A stretch of DNA of 64,000 nt from Selaginella moellendorffii (Eukaryota; Plantae; Lycopodiophyta): positions 1,202,796 to 1,266,795 of the forward strand of contig NW_003314320.1 in assembly GCF_000143415.4 (NCBI RefSeq), given 5' to 3'. The position numbers and the translations under genes were made by a program. Every line of letters begins with the position of its first letter. Positions within the stretch are counted from its first letter, which is position 1. Positions 25,987-38,639 of this stretch are shown one piece after another. Below the pieces are notes generated by a model. It made no database searches. It was not told where the DNA came from and was given only the letters and a program-made list of their open reading frames with translations.

Positions 25987-26826
25987 ATGGATAGGCAGGA
26001 AGCGCGCGTGGAGATGGTGGTGATCGCCGGCGAGGATCTCAAGAATGTGACGAGCTTGCTCATGTCTGGCAGCAAGATGAGCTCCTACGTGGTGTGCTGG
26101 GTGGATCCGTGCTCCAAGCGCTCCACCAGGATCATCAAGAGAGGCGGTAGGGATCCCGTGTGGAATGAGGCGCTGTCGCTGCCCGTGGATGCGATTGCCC
26201 TCGCCAATCCCTACGCCTGCCTCACGCTCCAGGTGATGAGCAGCCGATCGGGGGGCGACGATGCGGTAGTGGGCAAAGCGTGGATGCCGCTCCACGAGAT
26301 CGCGAGGCTCTCCACCACGACCTCGGCATTCGATAATATCATCTCTCTCGGCGTCCAGCGGCCGTCTGGGAGGATGCAAGGCTCGATCCGGCTGTGCGTG
26401 TGCTTGATCGGGGCGGGATTCCACAATGCTGGTTCCACGAGTGGGGGAAATTTCCATCCGGGCAAGCCGATGCTCCAAATCCAAATGCCCCAGCACCAGA
26501 TTTCTTCTCCTGTTGAGAGCTCGCTTGAGGAATTCGCGAGTCCATCGTCATCCTCGGGAGGAGGAGGGGCACCAATCCAGCCGGTGGAAGGGATCCCAGT
26601 GATTGGCTTTGCTGCTGGGGCAACGAGCTACCATCAAGGTCACCACCACTTCCAAATGCCGCCATATCTTCCATCTCCATCGGCACCACCAGTTCTTCCT
26701 GATCACAACGGTAACGGGAATGGTAACGCTCGTGGTCATGGTCATGGTAATGGTAATGGTCTACTTCTGGGGCTTTTGGGTGGTGCCTTGGCTGCGCTTG
26801 TGCTGGGTGATATTTTTTTCCAGTGA
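25987..26826 (+). CDS. SRC2-like C2-domain protein, intronless
   Basis: C2 domain (AGEDLKNV, DPVWNE, VQRPSGRMQG), a Pro-rich linker and a C-terminal hydrophobic LGLLGGALAALVLGD. Confidence 0.88.
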   Translation: MDRQEARVEMVVIAGEDLKNVTSLLMSGSKMSSYVVCWVDPCSKRSTRIIKRGGRDPVWNEALSLPVDAIALANPYACLTLQVMSSRSGGDDAVVGKAWMPLHEIARLSTTTSAFDNIISLGVQRPSGRMQGSIRLCVCLIGAGFHNAGSTSGGNFHPGKPMLQIQMPQHQISSPVESSLEEFASPSSSSGGGGAPIQPVEGIPVIGFAAGATSYHQGHHHFQMPPYLPSPSAPPVLPDHNGNGNGNARGHGHGNGNGLLLGLLGGALAALVLGDIFFQ

Positions 26827-27028
26827 AGATCTGGCTACTTGGGTGACATGTTTTTCCAGTGGGATCTGTTGCTTCTCTTTTCTTTGTGGATACTGTGCTT
26901 GCTTGCTGCTGCTTGGGATTTAAAATTATTCTGAGTGCGTTGCTGCCGGCCTCGAGTTTGTCATTATCATCACCTCGTAGATGTGTTCGTCATTTTAGTC
27001 GAAGGTGTTCTTCCTGGTCGTTTGGGTC

Positions 27029-30000
27029 ATGGCGGAAGTGGGTCTCGCCTTGGGCTCCTTGCCGGTGTCCAGGCAGATTGTTTCTTCGAGAAAAGCAAGA
27101 ATTAGAGCTGCTGGATTTGGGTCCTGGTTTCCTGGCTTTCAGCTGAAATGCTCCCGGCTAACAGCCGAGGCGAAGGCTCATCCGCAAATTGTCCAAGCCG
27201 AACACAATTTGGTAAGTAACTAGTTTCTTCAACTGGGTTCCTGATGGCTTTTTGTGTTTCACAGAGTCTGGAAGATGTGAAGGATACATCGGAGGTGGAG
27301 AAGCCGCTTAAAGTAGCTTTAATTTGCGGGGGACCTTCAGCCGAGAGAGGGATATCTTTAAACTCTGCAAGATCCGTTCTTGATCACCTCCAGGTGGTGT
27401 TCTCTTCTTATCCAATTTTTTTTTTTTTTTTCGCAATTTGTGTAACGAAAACGTTAGTGCAGGCGGAAGATGTTGAAGTTGATTGTTACTACATGGATCA
27501 GCAACTTCGTGCCTATGCAATTTCACCTTCTCAGGTTCGTCACCTTGCAAAATGATGAAGTGGAGACATTGTGGGCTATGCTTGATACTTCTGCAGATGT
27601 ACTGTAACACGCCTTCTGATTTCGATTTTAAGCTGCACAGGTGACGGACGATTTTTTTTTTTTTCTTCTCATCGTTTGTATTTTGGCAGCTTGGCTCAAT
27701 GCTTCACGTCCCAGGCCGATTTCTTGCGACGGTTAAAATCTTCCGTCGATATTGTGTTCCCGGTGATACACGGGAAATTTGGTGAAGACGGAGGCCTACA
27801 GGTTATAGAAAGAATTGCAAAAGCTGTAACCTTTCAAATCCCATGAATTGTGCAGGAACTTCTGGAATCCGCTGGAATACCGTTCGTGGGAACTGGTTCT
27901 TCAGCAGCCCGTTGTGCCTTCGACAAGGTAAGCTTTGATGGTATTTTGTATTGCCTTAATTTTGGATATTGCAGTATGAAGCAGCAAAAGAGCTTTCCCG
28001 TCATGGATTTGTGACAATTCCAAGCTTTCTTATTGACGTAAGTACCTTTTTCTTGAGCCAACTTGAAAATACTTCCTTCCAGAGTCCCGAGATTGATAAG
28101 GCAGCATTGGTAGAATGGTTCAAGGCTAACGATTTGAATCCTTCTTCAGATCGTGTTGTGGTAAGGCTTCAACAGGAGATAGTTGACTCTATCCGCTTTT
28201 CAACAGGTGAAACCAGCCAAATCGGGATCAAGCATAGGGGTTACTGTGGCTCATGGACTTGACGAGGTCATCCGTGATGCTGAGACTTTACTTAAAGAGG
28301 TGAGTGATACCGACAAGTTGTCTTTGTGTTTAAAAAGAAGAATTTATTTTGTCCAGGGCATTGATGACAGAATCGTGGTGGAAGTTTTTCTGCAAGGCTG
28401 TACAGAATTTACCGTCATTATTCTCGATACTGGTTCTGGTGAACAAGTTCAACCAGTTGCTCTTCTTCCCACAGAGGTATACATTTGCGTGCTGGGCCTA
28501 CTTAAACGTATGTTATCGCTGTAGGTGGAACTGTTACATGGCGATGGGCAGTCGATAGGTGAAAAGATTTTCAATTACCGGAGAAAGTATCTTCCAACTA
28601 GACAGGTATGGCATGTATATCCGTTTCATTTGTACTTAAGAATTTTCAGGTTTCTTACCACACACCTCCTCGTTTTCCTGTTCAAACCATTCAAAGCATA
28701 CGTTCTGGTGCCTCGAAACTTTTCACACTCCTGAATCTGCGTGATTTTGCTCGAGTAGATGGCTGGTTACTTCCACCTTCAAGTTCATTCAACAAATCAA
28801 ATGATTTTTTGGTCGTCTTTTCGGATGTCAATCTGGTAGTAAAGTCGTTTCTCATTTATATATGAGTGCAACTGACTCAGTGAACAGGTTAGCGGCATGG
28901 AGCAAACAAGTTTTTTGTTTCAGCAAGCTGCACAGGTATAAGTTCAACAAGTACGTTTTATCATGCTGTATTTACACCATGTGAAGGTTGGTCTGAGCCA
29001 CAGAGATGTTCTGCGGTTAGTCCTGAATCGAGCGCGCACAAGATATCCCAGCCTTTCAAATTTTCCTCAGGTGGGATTGCATGGAGTTGATGGCTCCCCG
29101 CAAACAAGTAAACGAAAAGTCTACGTCTTGTTTGGAGGAGGAAGCTCAGAACGACAAGTGTCATTGATGAGCGGAACCAATGTTTGGCTCAATCTTCGCG
29201 GCTGTAAGGACGTAAGTTTTTGGCCACCTGAATCAATGGATACTCAACCGTTTGTATTTTCTACGACAGCTCGATGTCTCTCCATTTGTTCTTGCACCCC
29301 AATCAAGGGGTGAATCGCCGGAATCAAGATCAATTTGGGCACTTCCGTAAGTTTATCTACTCGTCCTTTTCGCGAATAACGGTATTTTGCATGACAAGGT
29401 ATGCTTGTGTGCTTCGTCACACTGTGGAAGAGGTGGTTGACGGTTGTTTAGAGGCACTGGATCCTCGTTTTTCTGCTGTTTCCGGCTCACTCAAAGCACA
29501 AGTGATGTCAGAACTTAGTTCCAGTGGTTCTAAAGTTGATTACAATGTGGGATCCGGCGTCCCAACGAAGTTGTCCATGAGTGAATGGATTCAGCATGCT
29601 AAGGATGACGACGCTATTGTTTTTATAGCAGGTAAAACCTCTGAATTTTTTGCTGTTTATTGTAGTAACCGCGCGCTTGTGCAGTGCACGGTGACATTGG
29701 GGAGAACGGGATATTGCAAGAGATGCTCGAAGCGAAACGCATACCATTTACAGGTAACATGATTTTGCATTTGCAAAGCTTCTTACCGCGTGTATGGATT
29801 AGGATCTGGCGTGAAGGCATCCCGGATATGTATGGACAAAGCCGTTACAGGTCATACGATTTCTCCTGTAAGTCAGCTCTAATCGTTTTCTTGTTTTAAT
29901 ATGAGTTGTTTCGTTCCTTGTAGTTGAGTTCGAATGGAGTTTATAGTGCCAAAAGAGTTGTCTATAAGACAGCAGAGCTGCTTCATGACTGTGGAGATAA

Positions 30001-31030
30001 CAGCCAACTTTGGCTCTCGTTGCAAGACAAACTGGAAGATTCTAGCATATGTGTGAAACCAGCAGCTGATGGATGCTCCACGGGAGTTGCGAGATTATGG
30101 TAAGGAAGTCTAGTGACATGAAGAACGTTGCTGATAAAATTGCCGCAGCTGTGCAAGGGACTTGACGGTATATCTCACGGCATTGAAGGAAAAGCTACCT
30201 CGTTTGCTTCCAGGATCTCTCGGCAAGGTAAAAATTGTCATGACCTCCAGAAACCGATTCTAAGCTTGTACTTTACAGCCGCATGGAATTATTGAACTTC
30301 CTGCCACTATCCCGGATAGTTTGATCTTTGAACCGTTTATACAAACGGATGATATACTTGTGTGTGAAGAATCTCAAATCGCATGGGAAGGCAAGCATAG
30401 ATGGGTGGAAATCACAGCTGGTGTGATTGGTAAGAAGGGTGCCATGCATGCTTTGCATCCAAGCATCACACTGAAGGAATCTGGCGACATTTTGTCCTTG
30501 GAAGAAAAGTTTCAAGGTTTGAACAATTCCACCCAACAAGTTAATTACGTTTTATTTTTCTTTCTTTCTTTGCAGGTGGTACTGGCGTCAATTTGACTCC
30601 ACCACCTCCTCTCATTTGCAGGTTAGTTGTAAGCCTTACGTTTGGCGTAGAGTCACAGGTTCTTTATTATCTTTCTGCAGTGAAGAAGCAGTACGTTCGT
30701 GTAGAGAGCGTATTGAACTTGTTGCCAACACCCTCCAATTGGAAGGATTTGCTCGAATTGATGCTTTCATGAATGTGGACACTGGAGAGGTATGGTTGTA
30801 ATCACTTTCGAAATTCTTGACTCAAAACTGGCGACAGGTGATTGTTATAGAAGTGAACACGGTCCCTGGAATGACTCCCTCGACAGTTTTAATTCATCAG
30901 GTTTGAAGACAGATTCTAAGCTGCGTGTACAAACTGCTTACGCTGAAAATTTCAGGTGCTTGCGGAAACCACGCCATTATTTCCACGAGAGTTCTTCCGA
31001 GCAGTCGTTGATTTAGGCTCAAAGCGGTAA
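27029..31030 (+). CDS. DDL: Plastid D-alanine--D-alanine ligase with two tandem Ddl modules, multi-exon
   Basis: Transit-peptide-like N-terminus. Module 1: ICGGPSAERGISLNSA, HGKFGEDG, GSSIGV. Module 2: LFGGGSSERQVSLMSG, HGDIGENG, LEEKFQGGTG, ARIDAF, EVNTVPGMTP. Confidence 0.93.
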
Positions 31031-31234
31031 TCGTATCACAAGGAAGCTTTCATACCCGGTCGCCTTTTCTCGAACATCCATTCCTAGTCGTTTCTTAACG
31101 AGTCCAAGTCCTGTCGGTTTTAATTTATACCATTAGCATGCATTGAAGCTCGTGGCAATATCTGTTTTAGTGGAATAACAAGGAATGATTTAAACTAGCA
31201 GAACTTTACCGAAGGAATAATTTCATTTTGATTA

Positions 31235-32179
31235 ATGGCTGCTGACGAGCTCCAGAACTCGAGGTATCTCATGCTACACTCGATCGCAGCCCACTGGGAT
31301 TTCGATCCTGCCACGCTCCTCGTGGGTCGCTTTGCCTGCTCAGACGTGGACGAGATCCGGGCATACTCTGCAGCAGCGGGCGCGGCGATGGTCTCGCAGA
31401 TCAGACTCCATTTGTCATCACCGGGAAGCCAGCACAAACGATCTGGACCAGTTCCTCTTCGTGGGAACCAACAGTAGAGGAGATGCGGCAATTCCAGATG
31501 AGGATTTCAAGAAGCTATCCTACACAGAATCCAGGAGTGTGCGTCCATACAGGTCGCGCTTGGTGTATCAGCGGTTCAAGGCGATGAGGCAGGAACTCAT
31601 CATCGACGAGTCTGGAGTTCATCACTACATACGTGCGAAGGATGATTTAGGCAGTGCAGTTGCCCCGTTTGTGGGAGCTCTTCACATCGTCCCGAATGGA
31701 TCAAGGTTCGATGGCAGTGCACGTCGCCCAGTTGGAATGGTATCACTGGTTCGCTGCGACGGTTACTGCTTGACTGCGGCTCAATGTCTGGAAGGTTTCG
31801 ATGGTGACGACAACACTATCTTCGTCAGCTTCCCACGGATGAGCGATCATTCGTGCTTTTACGAGTGTAAGATTGCCAAGGCCGAAGAGTTTGTGGTGCA
31901 CTTGGAAGCTAAAGAGCAACCAAGCGTCAAGTGGTGGTTTGGACCGCGTCTGCCTCAGTTTTCAAGTTCAGCGGCCCCAACAGCACGCAACTCGTGGAGT
32001 GTCCGATGGTTGATTCGTTCGTATGTCCATTCGAGGGCATTGTATTGCAGAGCGCGAAGATCGACCACAAGCTGTCGCTAGGAGGTCCTGTTGTCAACTG
32101 TACCGGCGAGATGAGAGGGGTGATTATTGCACACAGCCTACTGAAGAAGACCAGCGACCGGAGAAGAAAAGCGAGATGA
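31235..32179 (+). pseudogene. Trypsin-like (HtrA/Trypsin_2-fold) protein with catalytic residues lost and frameshifts
   Basis: DGYCLTAAQC (His to Gln) and LSLGGPVVNCTGEMRGVI (GxSGGP Ser to Leu). The coding signal is spread over three ORFs. Confidence 0.6.
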
Positions 32180-32614
32180 AAGTGCAAAGTGTTTCGGACT
32201 TGCAGGAGTTTCTAGATGATGCACTGAATGGAAGAACGTAAACAACAAGCTGAGCAGGACTCGAGGCGATGCAAATTATGAGAGTATTGGTACTTCTTTC
32301 TGGTTCTCATTCTTCCTTTTTCTTTCTTGTCTGTTAGAGTGGAAAAATTGCTCGGAACTCAGGAGGTTAGTCCAGTCTTGTTGATCTAGTAGTTACCAAT
32401 GTATTCCTCGCTTGCAGAATTTATCGACAGCGCTGTGACGGAGTTTAATGCTCCACCGTCTAAGCGTCCGAAAGTTAAATACGTCCCCATGTCCGAGGAG
32501 AAAATCCAGAAGTTTTACAAGGAAGCTGTCAGAGAGGTTTTTAGATCTTGTTGTCAGGATAAGCAATGTGTTTGTCGCATTTTTGTTTTACTCCAAATGT
32601 GAATTGATGATCAT

Positions 32615-32985
32615 TCCGCAAGATGCATGGATTCCAATGGCCCTGGATGGATTCGATAAACACATTCATACTGAATCATACACAGGGAAGGAAGTTTTTC
32701 CCGCGACTTTGGAGATTTAGGATAGGGTGTTTTCTTGCCAACGCTAACTCGCATCTCACGTGAGTTGCTAGACAGACACAGTCTATACACCTGTAGCGTT
32801 TCCTTTATGTCGATTTGCGATTCTGTAATCCCACGGGTTTGGAGGTTGGCATGGTGATGAGTGTTTTCTTCGCACCATTTTGGCTGGTACAGGCGCCCGT
32901 GCTCCTGGAGCTGATTAATCCATGACCGCCTGGATCATCCCAATGGCGGCCTTCTTGCAGATTTCCAGTACCGCGCAGCAGGAGG
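32615..32985 (+). pseudogene. Degenerate copy of the PMT gene's upstream region and first codons
   Basis: Matches 39810-40335 (e.g. tgcatggattccaatggccc, aatccatg.ccgcctggat, ttcttgcagatttccag). Confidence 0.8.
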
Positions 32986-33178
32986 TAATTATCAAACGTA
33001 CACTAAATAGCTTGAGAATGGCAAGAACGAAGAACAAAACTTTTAAGTAGAGATGTCTAGAGATCCATCCAGACTAAAACAAGAGAGTTTCTTCGAACCC
33101 GATATCCTATCTACAATCGCCTTTTCAAAAATAACCATCCAAGAAAAATAAATTAGAAAAATTCAAAACAATTATAAT

Positions 33179-33352
33179 TGTGAGGGCCAAGTGTACAACT
33201 ACGATGCCGTATACTAATATTAGCGTAGTGGATTTTGGTAGCCGTTAGATTGGTTTCAATCCGGACCACTCGCTCCTGTATATAAGCTAGGGTTTTTGGG
33301 CTAATTGATATGCACATTTCTGTATTCCCTTTCCATATTCCATGCACTCACA
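33179..33352 (+). repeat. 5' LTR
   Basis: Direct repeat of 38093-38266 with 8 substitutions in 174 bp. Confidence 0.95.
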
Positions 33353-33664
33353 TTAGTGGAGTTGAGGGGCACCTTTGATTGTCCCTAGGGAGTGCTTGGA
33401 TTTAGGATTTCGGTTTAGATCTAGCTTTTGCATCATCTAAATCTCGCTTTTTCCATTTCCTTTCTTTTGTTCTTTCCTTTCAAGATTTTGGTTTAGATTT
33501 AGCTTTTGCATCGTCTAAATCTCGTTTTTTCCATTTCCTTTCTTTTGTTCTTTCCTTTCAAGATTTTGGTTTAGATCTAGCTTTTTGCATTGTCTAGATC
33601 TATCATTTCTTTCCAGCTTTTTTGTCATTTCTCTTCTTTTGCTCTTTCTTTTTAATTCATCTTC

Positions 33665-34597
33665 ATGGCTGATCTGCAATCTCCTCTTTTGACTCTAGAG
33701 TAGCAGTTGGTTCAATTGCTTGATGCTATGCGCTTGCAATTGAACAACCAAACTCAGTTGATGGTGGTGTTCACGGCACATTGTACAACTCCTCCCGCTC
33801 TTGGTGCCAATCCTCGCGTTCGGCCGGAGTTCTTTCGCGGGAATCCTGGGGATGATGTGTACCATTGGTTCGATCACTTTACGGTGATTGCCACATATCA
33901 TTCTTGGGATGATGCTCGACAGTTGCGTGAGTTTCCCACGTGTCTCCAAGGGACGGCGTTGCAGTGGTACAATGGTTTGAGCGTAGTCACTCATGGGGAT
34001 TGGAGTGTTCTCCCGGACGTCTTCAAATGCGCCTTCGGACATGCCGATGATTGTGATGATGCTTTCCAACAATTGCATCGTCTTCGCCAAGGGCCATCTG
34101 AGTCGGTGATGCAATTTTGCGTTCGTTTCCGAAGTCTTTTGCTTCGTGTGGAGCTAAATATGTCAGAGCGGATCAAGCTAGGAATGTTGTGGCTAGCCCT
34201 TCATCAAGATCTTGTCGGACTTGTGCATGCACTTGCTCCTACCACCCTTGACGATGCTCTTCGTTTGGCACAACGTTATGAAACGTCGCCTCTTCCACTT
34301 CTCGCTGCACGTCCTTCCACTTCACTTCCTATGGGTGATGATCCTGTTCCAATGGAGGTTGATGCTGCTGCTGCTCGAGTCCAAGGACAAGTGCGAGGAC
34401 ATGGTCGTGGCCGTGATGTTTGCTGCTGGGCGTGTGATGAAGTTGGTCATACTTATCGGCGTTGCCGTCATTTTCCGGATTGGCAACCTCCATTTCCTGG
34501 GTGGAGACCTTGGCGTCAGCAACGTCCCCTGGGTGCTGCTGTAGTGGAAGGTCTGGACACCAAGATGCATCCCGGAAACGAGGAGTCGCGCGATTAA
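33665..34597 (+). pseudogene. gag: gag, with a premature TAG at codon 13
   Basis: Retrotrans_gag-like LRQGPSESVMQF, PVPMEVD and the CCHC knuckle CWACDEVGHTYRRC. Confidence 0.9.
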
Positions 34598-37500
34598 CGG
34601 AGGGACCTTGCACAAATAAATCAATGACCCCTCCATCTTTCTTTTGAGAGTATCATCAAGGGGTTCACTCAGCACCAGTTCATCCAGTGTTTACTTTCCA
34701 AGCTCGTTTTTATAACAAGAGGTCTCCTATTATTCTCTCCGTGTTGGTTGATACAGGTTCGAGTTTATCTTCTATTGCTCGACCTGTTGCCACACGTTGT
34801 CGTCTACACTTGCGTCATGTGGCAGAACCAGTTTTCATTCTTTATGGCAACGGCCGTACACATGCATGTGCACAGGATGAGGTGGACCTGGTTGTGCATG
34901 TGTGCGATCTCGAGCTTGAGTTGCAGTCGTTGCGGGTGGTGCTGAGTCAAGCTTTTGACCTCATTCTTGGTATGGATTGGTTGCAACGCAATCATGCCAA
35001 GTGTGACTTTGAGGCTTCTCCCCCTTGTCTCATACTTCCTTATGTTTCATCCATTCCTCTTACTTTCATACCCCTTCGTCCCTCTACTTCTACCTCTGCT
35101 TCCATTACTTTTGTTCCCCCACTCTTTCCTTCTGTGTTTCCATCTTGTTCTGCTTTTCCCTTTTCCGATCCCTCCGACGCTCTTTGTGTTGTAGCAGTTG
35201 ACCGGCTCATGAAGGAGTATTCTGATCTCTTTGAATTTGACCTATCGTCTGGGGCCAAGATTGCCACACGTCATCCGATTCCAACCGGGGATGCTCGTCC
35301 AATCAAGGTTCCTGTTCGTCGTCAGTCACCTAAGGAGATCAAGATTTTACGAGCAAACGTCAAGGAAATGCTGGAGAAGGGTGTTATTCGGAAGTCACGG
35401 AGTCCTTGGGCATGTGAACCTCATCTTGTGACGAAGTCTGATGGGAGTATTCGTTTCTGCATCGACTATCGTCTGTTAAACGAAGTGACGATCCCAGATG
35501 TGTATCCTCTTCCTCACACTGCTGATCTCTTGGATCGTCTGGGGCGAAGTCGTTGGTTCACCAAGCTAGATCTTGCTTCTGGGTATTGACAAGTATCGAT
35601 GGCCGAAGAAGATATTCCTAAGACTGCTTTTCGTACACCATTTGGTTTGTACGAGTTCTTGGTGATGCCGTTTGGTTTGAATAATGCTCCAGCAACTTTC
35701 TAGCGGATGATGGACGAGGTTCTTTGCGATATGTCGGAGGTGACTGCTGACTTCATTGATGATGTCTTGATCCACTCGGAGGGGACGTGGGAGGAGCACG
35801 TTCGTGATGTTTGTAAAGTGTTGGATCGGTTACGTGATGTTGGTTTAAAGCTGAAGCGGTCAAACTGTGTGTTTGGGTCAAGGACACAACCTATCTTGGG
35901 TACCGTATTTCTCATGAGGGTTTGCAAATTGATCCTAACAAACTTGTGGCTGTTCTAAAGTTCCCTACTCTGAAGTGTGTGAATGATGTGCAACGCTTTT
36001 TGGGTAAGGTGCAGTATCTCGGTCGTTTTGTGGATCATCTTTCCGATCGCACTACACCATTGCGAGCATTGCTGAAGTCATCAACATCATCTTTCATCTG
36101 GTCTCCGGATTGTGAGCAGGCGTTCGTGGATCTCAAAGAGCTATTGATGACTCCTCCAGTTTTGGCATATCCTGATTACACTCGACCTTTTATTTTGCGC
36201 GTGGATACTTCTGACATTGGTCTTGGAGGTGTGTTGATGCAAGAGAGCTCGAGTGTACCTGGTCAGCGCCATCCCATTGCATACATAAGCCGTACATTAC
36301 AACCAGCGGAGATGAACTACTCCACGACGGAGAAGGAGTGTTTAGCAGCAGTTTGGGGTTTCGAGAAACTTCATGCATATCTACATGGTTCTCGGACGTT
36401 ACTTGAAAGTGACCATGCTGCTGTTACTTCATTATTGAAGCGGAAGAACCTGGTTGGTCGTACGGCTCGATGGGCTTTGAAGCTTCAGATATATGATTTC
36501 AATGTTGTTCATCGCCCAGGGAGTTCTATGGCTGATGCTGATGCCCTTTCTCAGGCTCCTCTTCCTTCTCCACTCACTTCTCATGTTTCTGACGAACCTG
36601 TTATTCCAGCGTCTATGGATTTTCTAGATGAAGATTCTATGCCATCGGCGGTTGTTGTCCTTGATGTTCAGTGTCCACAGGGCGCAGAGCAAGATCTACC
36701 TTCTCTTGATGAGGTTCGCGAGGCTCAAAAGATTGAGCCGTGGATTCGAAGGCTTCGAGATGGGTTTGAGAATCCTGCATCACTTGCTGATGACTTGCCT
36801 TTCCGGCATTTACATTCTCAATATCGCCTTGAAGATGGCCTTCTTTATTTTGTGGTGACAGATCCTGATGATCATTTACAATTGGTGGTGCCTTCGGTGT
36901 TTATTCCGCGGTTTCTCCATGCCTACCATGATTCTCCTGTTTTAGGTGGGCATATAGGACACCATTGTGTCACCGAGAAGTTGCGCAGGTCTTTCTATTG
37001 GCCGGAGATGCGACGTGATATTATCCGGTATGTGCGTAGCTGCGTTTGGTGCCAAGCTCGTAATACTCCCCCTTGTGCTGCGGAAGGATGGTTGGAGTCA
37101 ATTGCAGTTTCCCGTCCGTTTGAGTTGGTAGCGTTTGATCTTATGGGACCTTTTCCACGATCGACTGCTGGCAATGAGTATGTTATTATTACTTCTGACT
37201 ACTTGACTCGTTGGGTGGAAGTTGGTGCTCTTGCTAGCGCCTTTGCAACTGCTGTTGGATACTTCCTCCTCAATCGAGTGGTGTTCCAGCATTCTTGTCC
37301 AGAGCGGATTCTTTCGGATAATGGTCCTGCATTTATGGCTGAGGTATTTCATGTTTTGACATCTCGGTTGGGGATACGCCACACTTTTACAAGTGCTTAT
37401 CATCCACAATCAGACGGTTTGGTGGAACGGCTCATTCGGACATTCAAAGGGATGATTGCGATGTATGTGAACTTTCAGCATTCGGATTGGGATGGTTATT

Positions 37501-37982
37501 TGCCATCTCTTCGGTATGCCTATGTCACAGGGGTACAGAGTTCTATTGGTGCTTCACCATATAAACTTCTATATGGTCATGATCCAATATTACCAACAGA
37601 GTTGGGTTTACCTTCACGATTGCCACGAGCTCCTGATGCTAGGTCATGGGATCAGTATTTGACAAGCATTCTTCCACTTGTCCGAGCAGAGTCTGCCGAA
37701 CACTTAAGCCGCGTACAAGTGGGACAACAACAGCGCTACAACTCCCATCATTGTCCACCTGCGGAGTATAAAGTGGATGATTTGGTGTTAGTCCGTTTTC
37801 CCCATCTTACGGTACGTGGTTTATCTAAGGGGCTCCTTGCGCAGTGGAAAGGACCGTATCGGGTGTTATGGCAAGTTGAACCGCAAGTTTATGAGGTTCA
37901 GCATGACGTTCAGCAGGCCGATCCTCTGGAGATTGTGCATGTGTAGCGGTTAAAACGCTTCATACAAAGGGATCAGGAGTAG
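34570..37982 (+). pseudogene. pol: pol (protease, RT, RNase H, integrase with GPY/F) with stops and one frameshift
   Basis: LVDTGS, DLILGMDWL, RFCIDYR, KLDLASGY*, MPFGL, FIDDVLI, DTSDIGLG, LSDNGPAF, AYHPQSDGLVER, WKGPY. Confidence 0.95.
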
Positions 37983-38092
37983 TTAATACCGTCTACAGAT
38001 CCGCCGATGCCTCCTCCTGACGTTCCTCCAGATCCCGGCCCATCTACAAGAGAACCCTGATGGCATTTCATTATTCCAAGAGGAGGGGATGA

Positions 38093-38266
38093 TGTGAGGG
38101 CTAAGTGTACGGCTACGATGCCGTATACTAATATTAGCGTAGTGGATTTTGGTAGCCGTCGGATTGGTTTCAATCCGGACCACTCGCTCCTGTATATAAT
38201 CTAGGGTTTTTGGGCTAATTGATATGCACATTTCTGTATTCCCTTTCCATATTCTATACACTCACA
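38093..38266 (+). repeat. 3' LTR
   Basis: Direct repeat of 33179-33352. Confidence 0.95.
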
Positions 38267-38639
38267 TAGTTAAATTTGGATGTGGATTCTATTCTTAAAG
38301 CCTATTCTGAGTTGTGTAGCTTAAGTCTTCATCTTCTCTTGATCAAAACCCTCTAACACCGCTGGCTGCCATTAAACCACCTAGGCTAACAAACAAACCA
38401 TCTCTAGGAGTATCCATTGGACATTTAAATTTTCCTCAATTGAATTACAATGCCTTTGGATCTTGTCTCCATGCCTGATTCATTCGTTTCTTTGGCTGCT
38501 TCATCTTCCACAACTTACCACAGTAATTTTCAGAATCACACTCAAGCACACCAGGAGAACTCTTCCAATATCTTCGAATTTAAATCTGCTAGAGCTTTCA
38601 TCGTCAACGTTTTCCTTCTCGTTATGCTTTTGAGCAGCA

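Larger units (their letters stand above)
33179..38266 (+). mobile_element. Full-length Ty3/gypsy LTR retrotransposon, non-chromovirus, 5088 bp, inactivated
   Basis: Two 174-bp LTRs (TGTGAG...CTCACA); PBS-like tagtggagttgagggg at 33354; PPT aagaggaggggatga before 38093; gag-PR-RT-RH-INT order; flanks taat and tagt. Confidence 0.97.

Noticed and set aside
20086-26745. Numerous overlapping antisense or alternate-frame ORFs over MBOAT, NRL and C2
   Set aside because: They are expected shadows of GC-rich coding sequence.
27029-31030. Bacterial contamination or recent HGT of ddl
   Set aside because: It has many spliceosomal introns and the standard plant two-module architecture.
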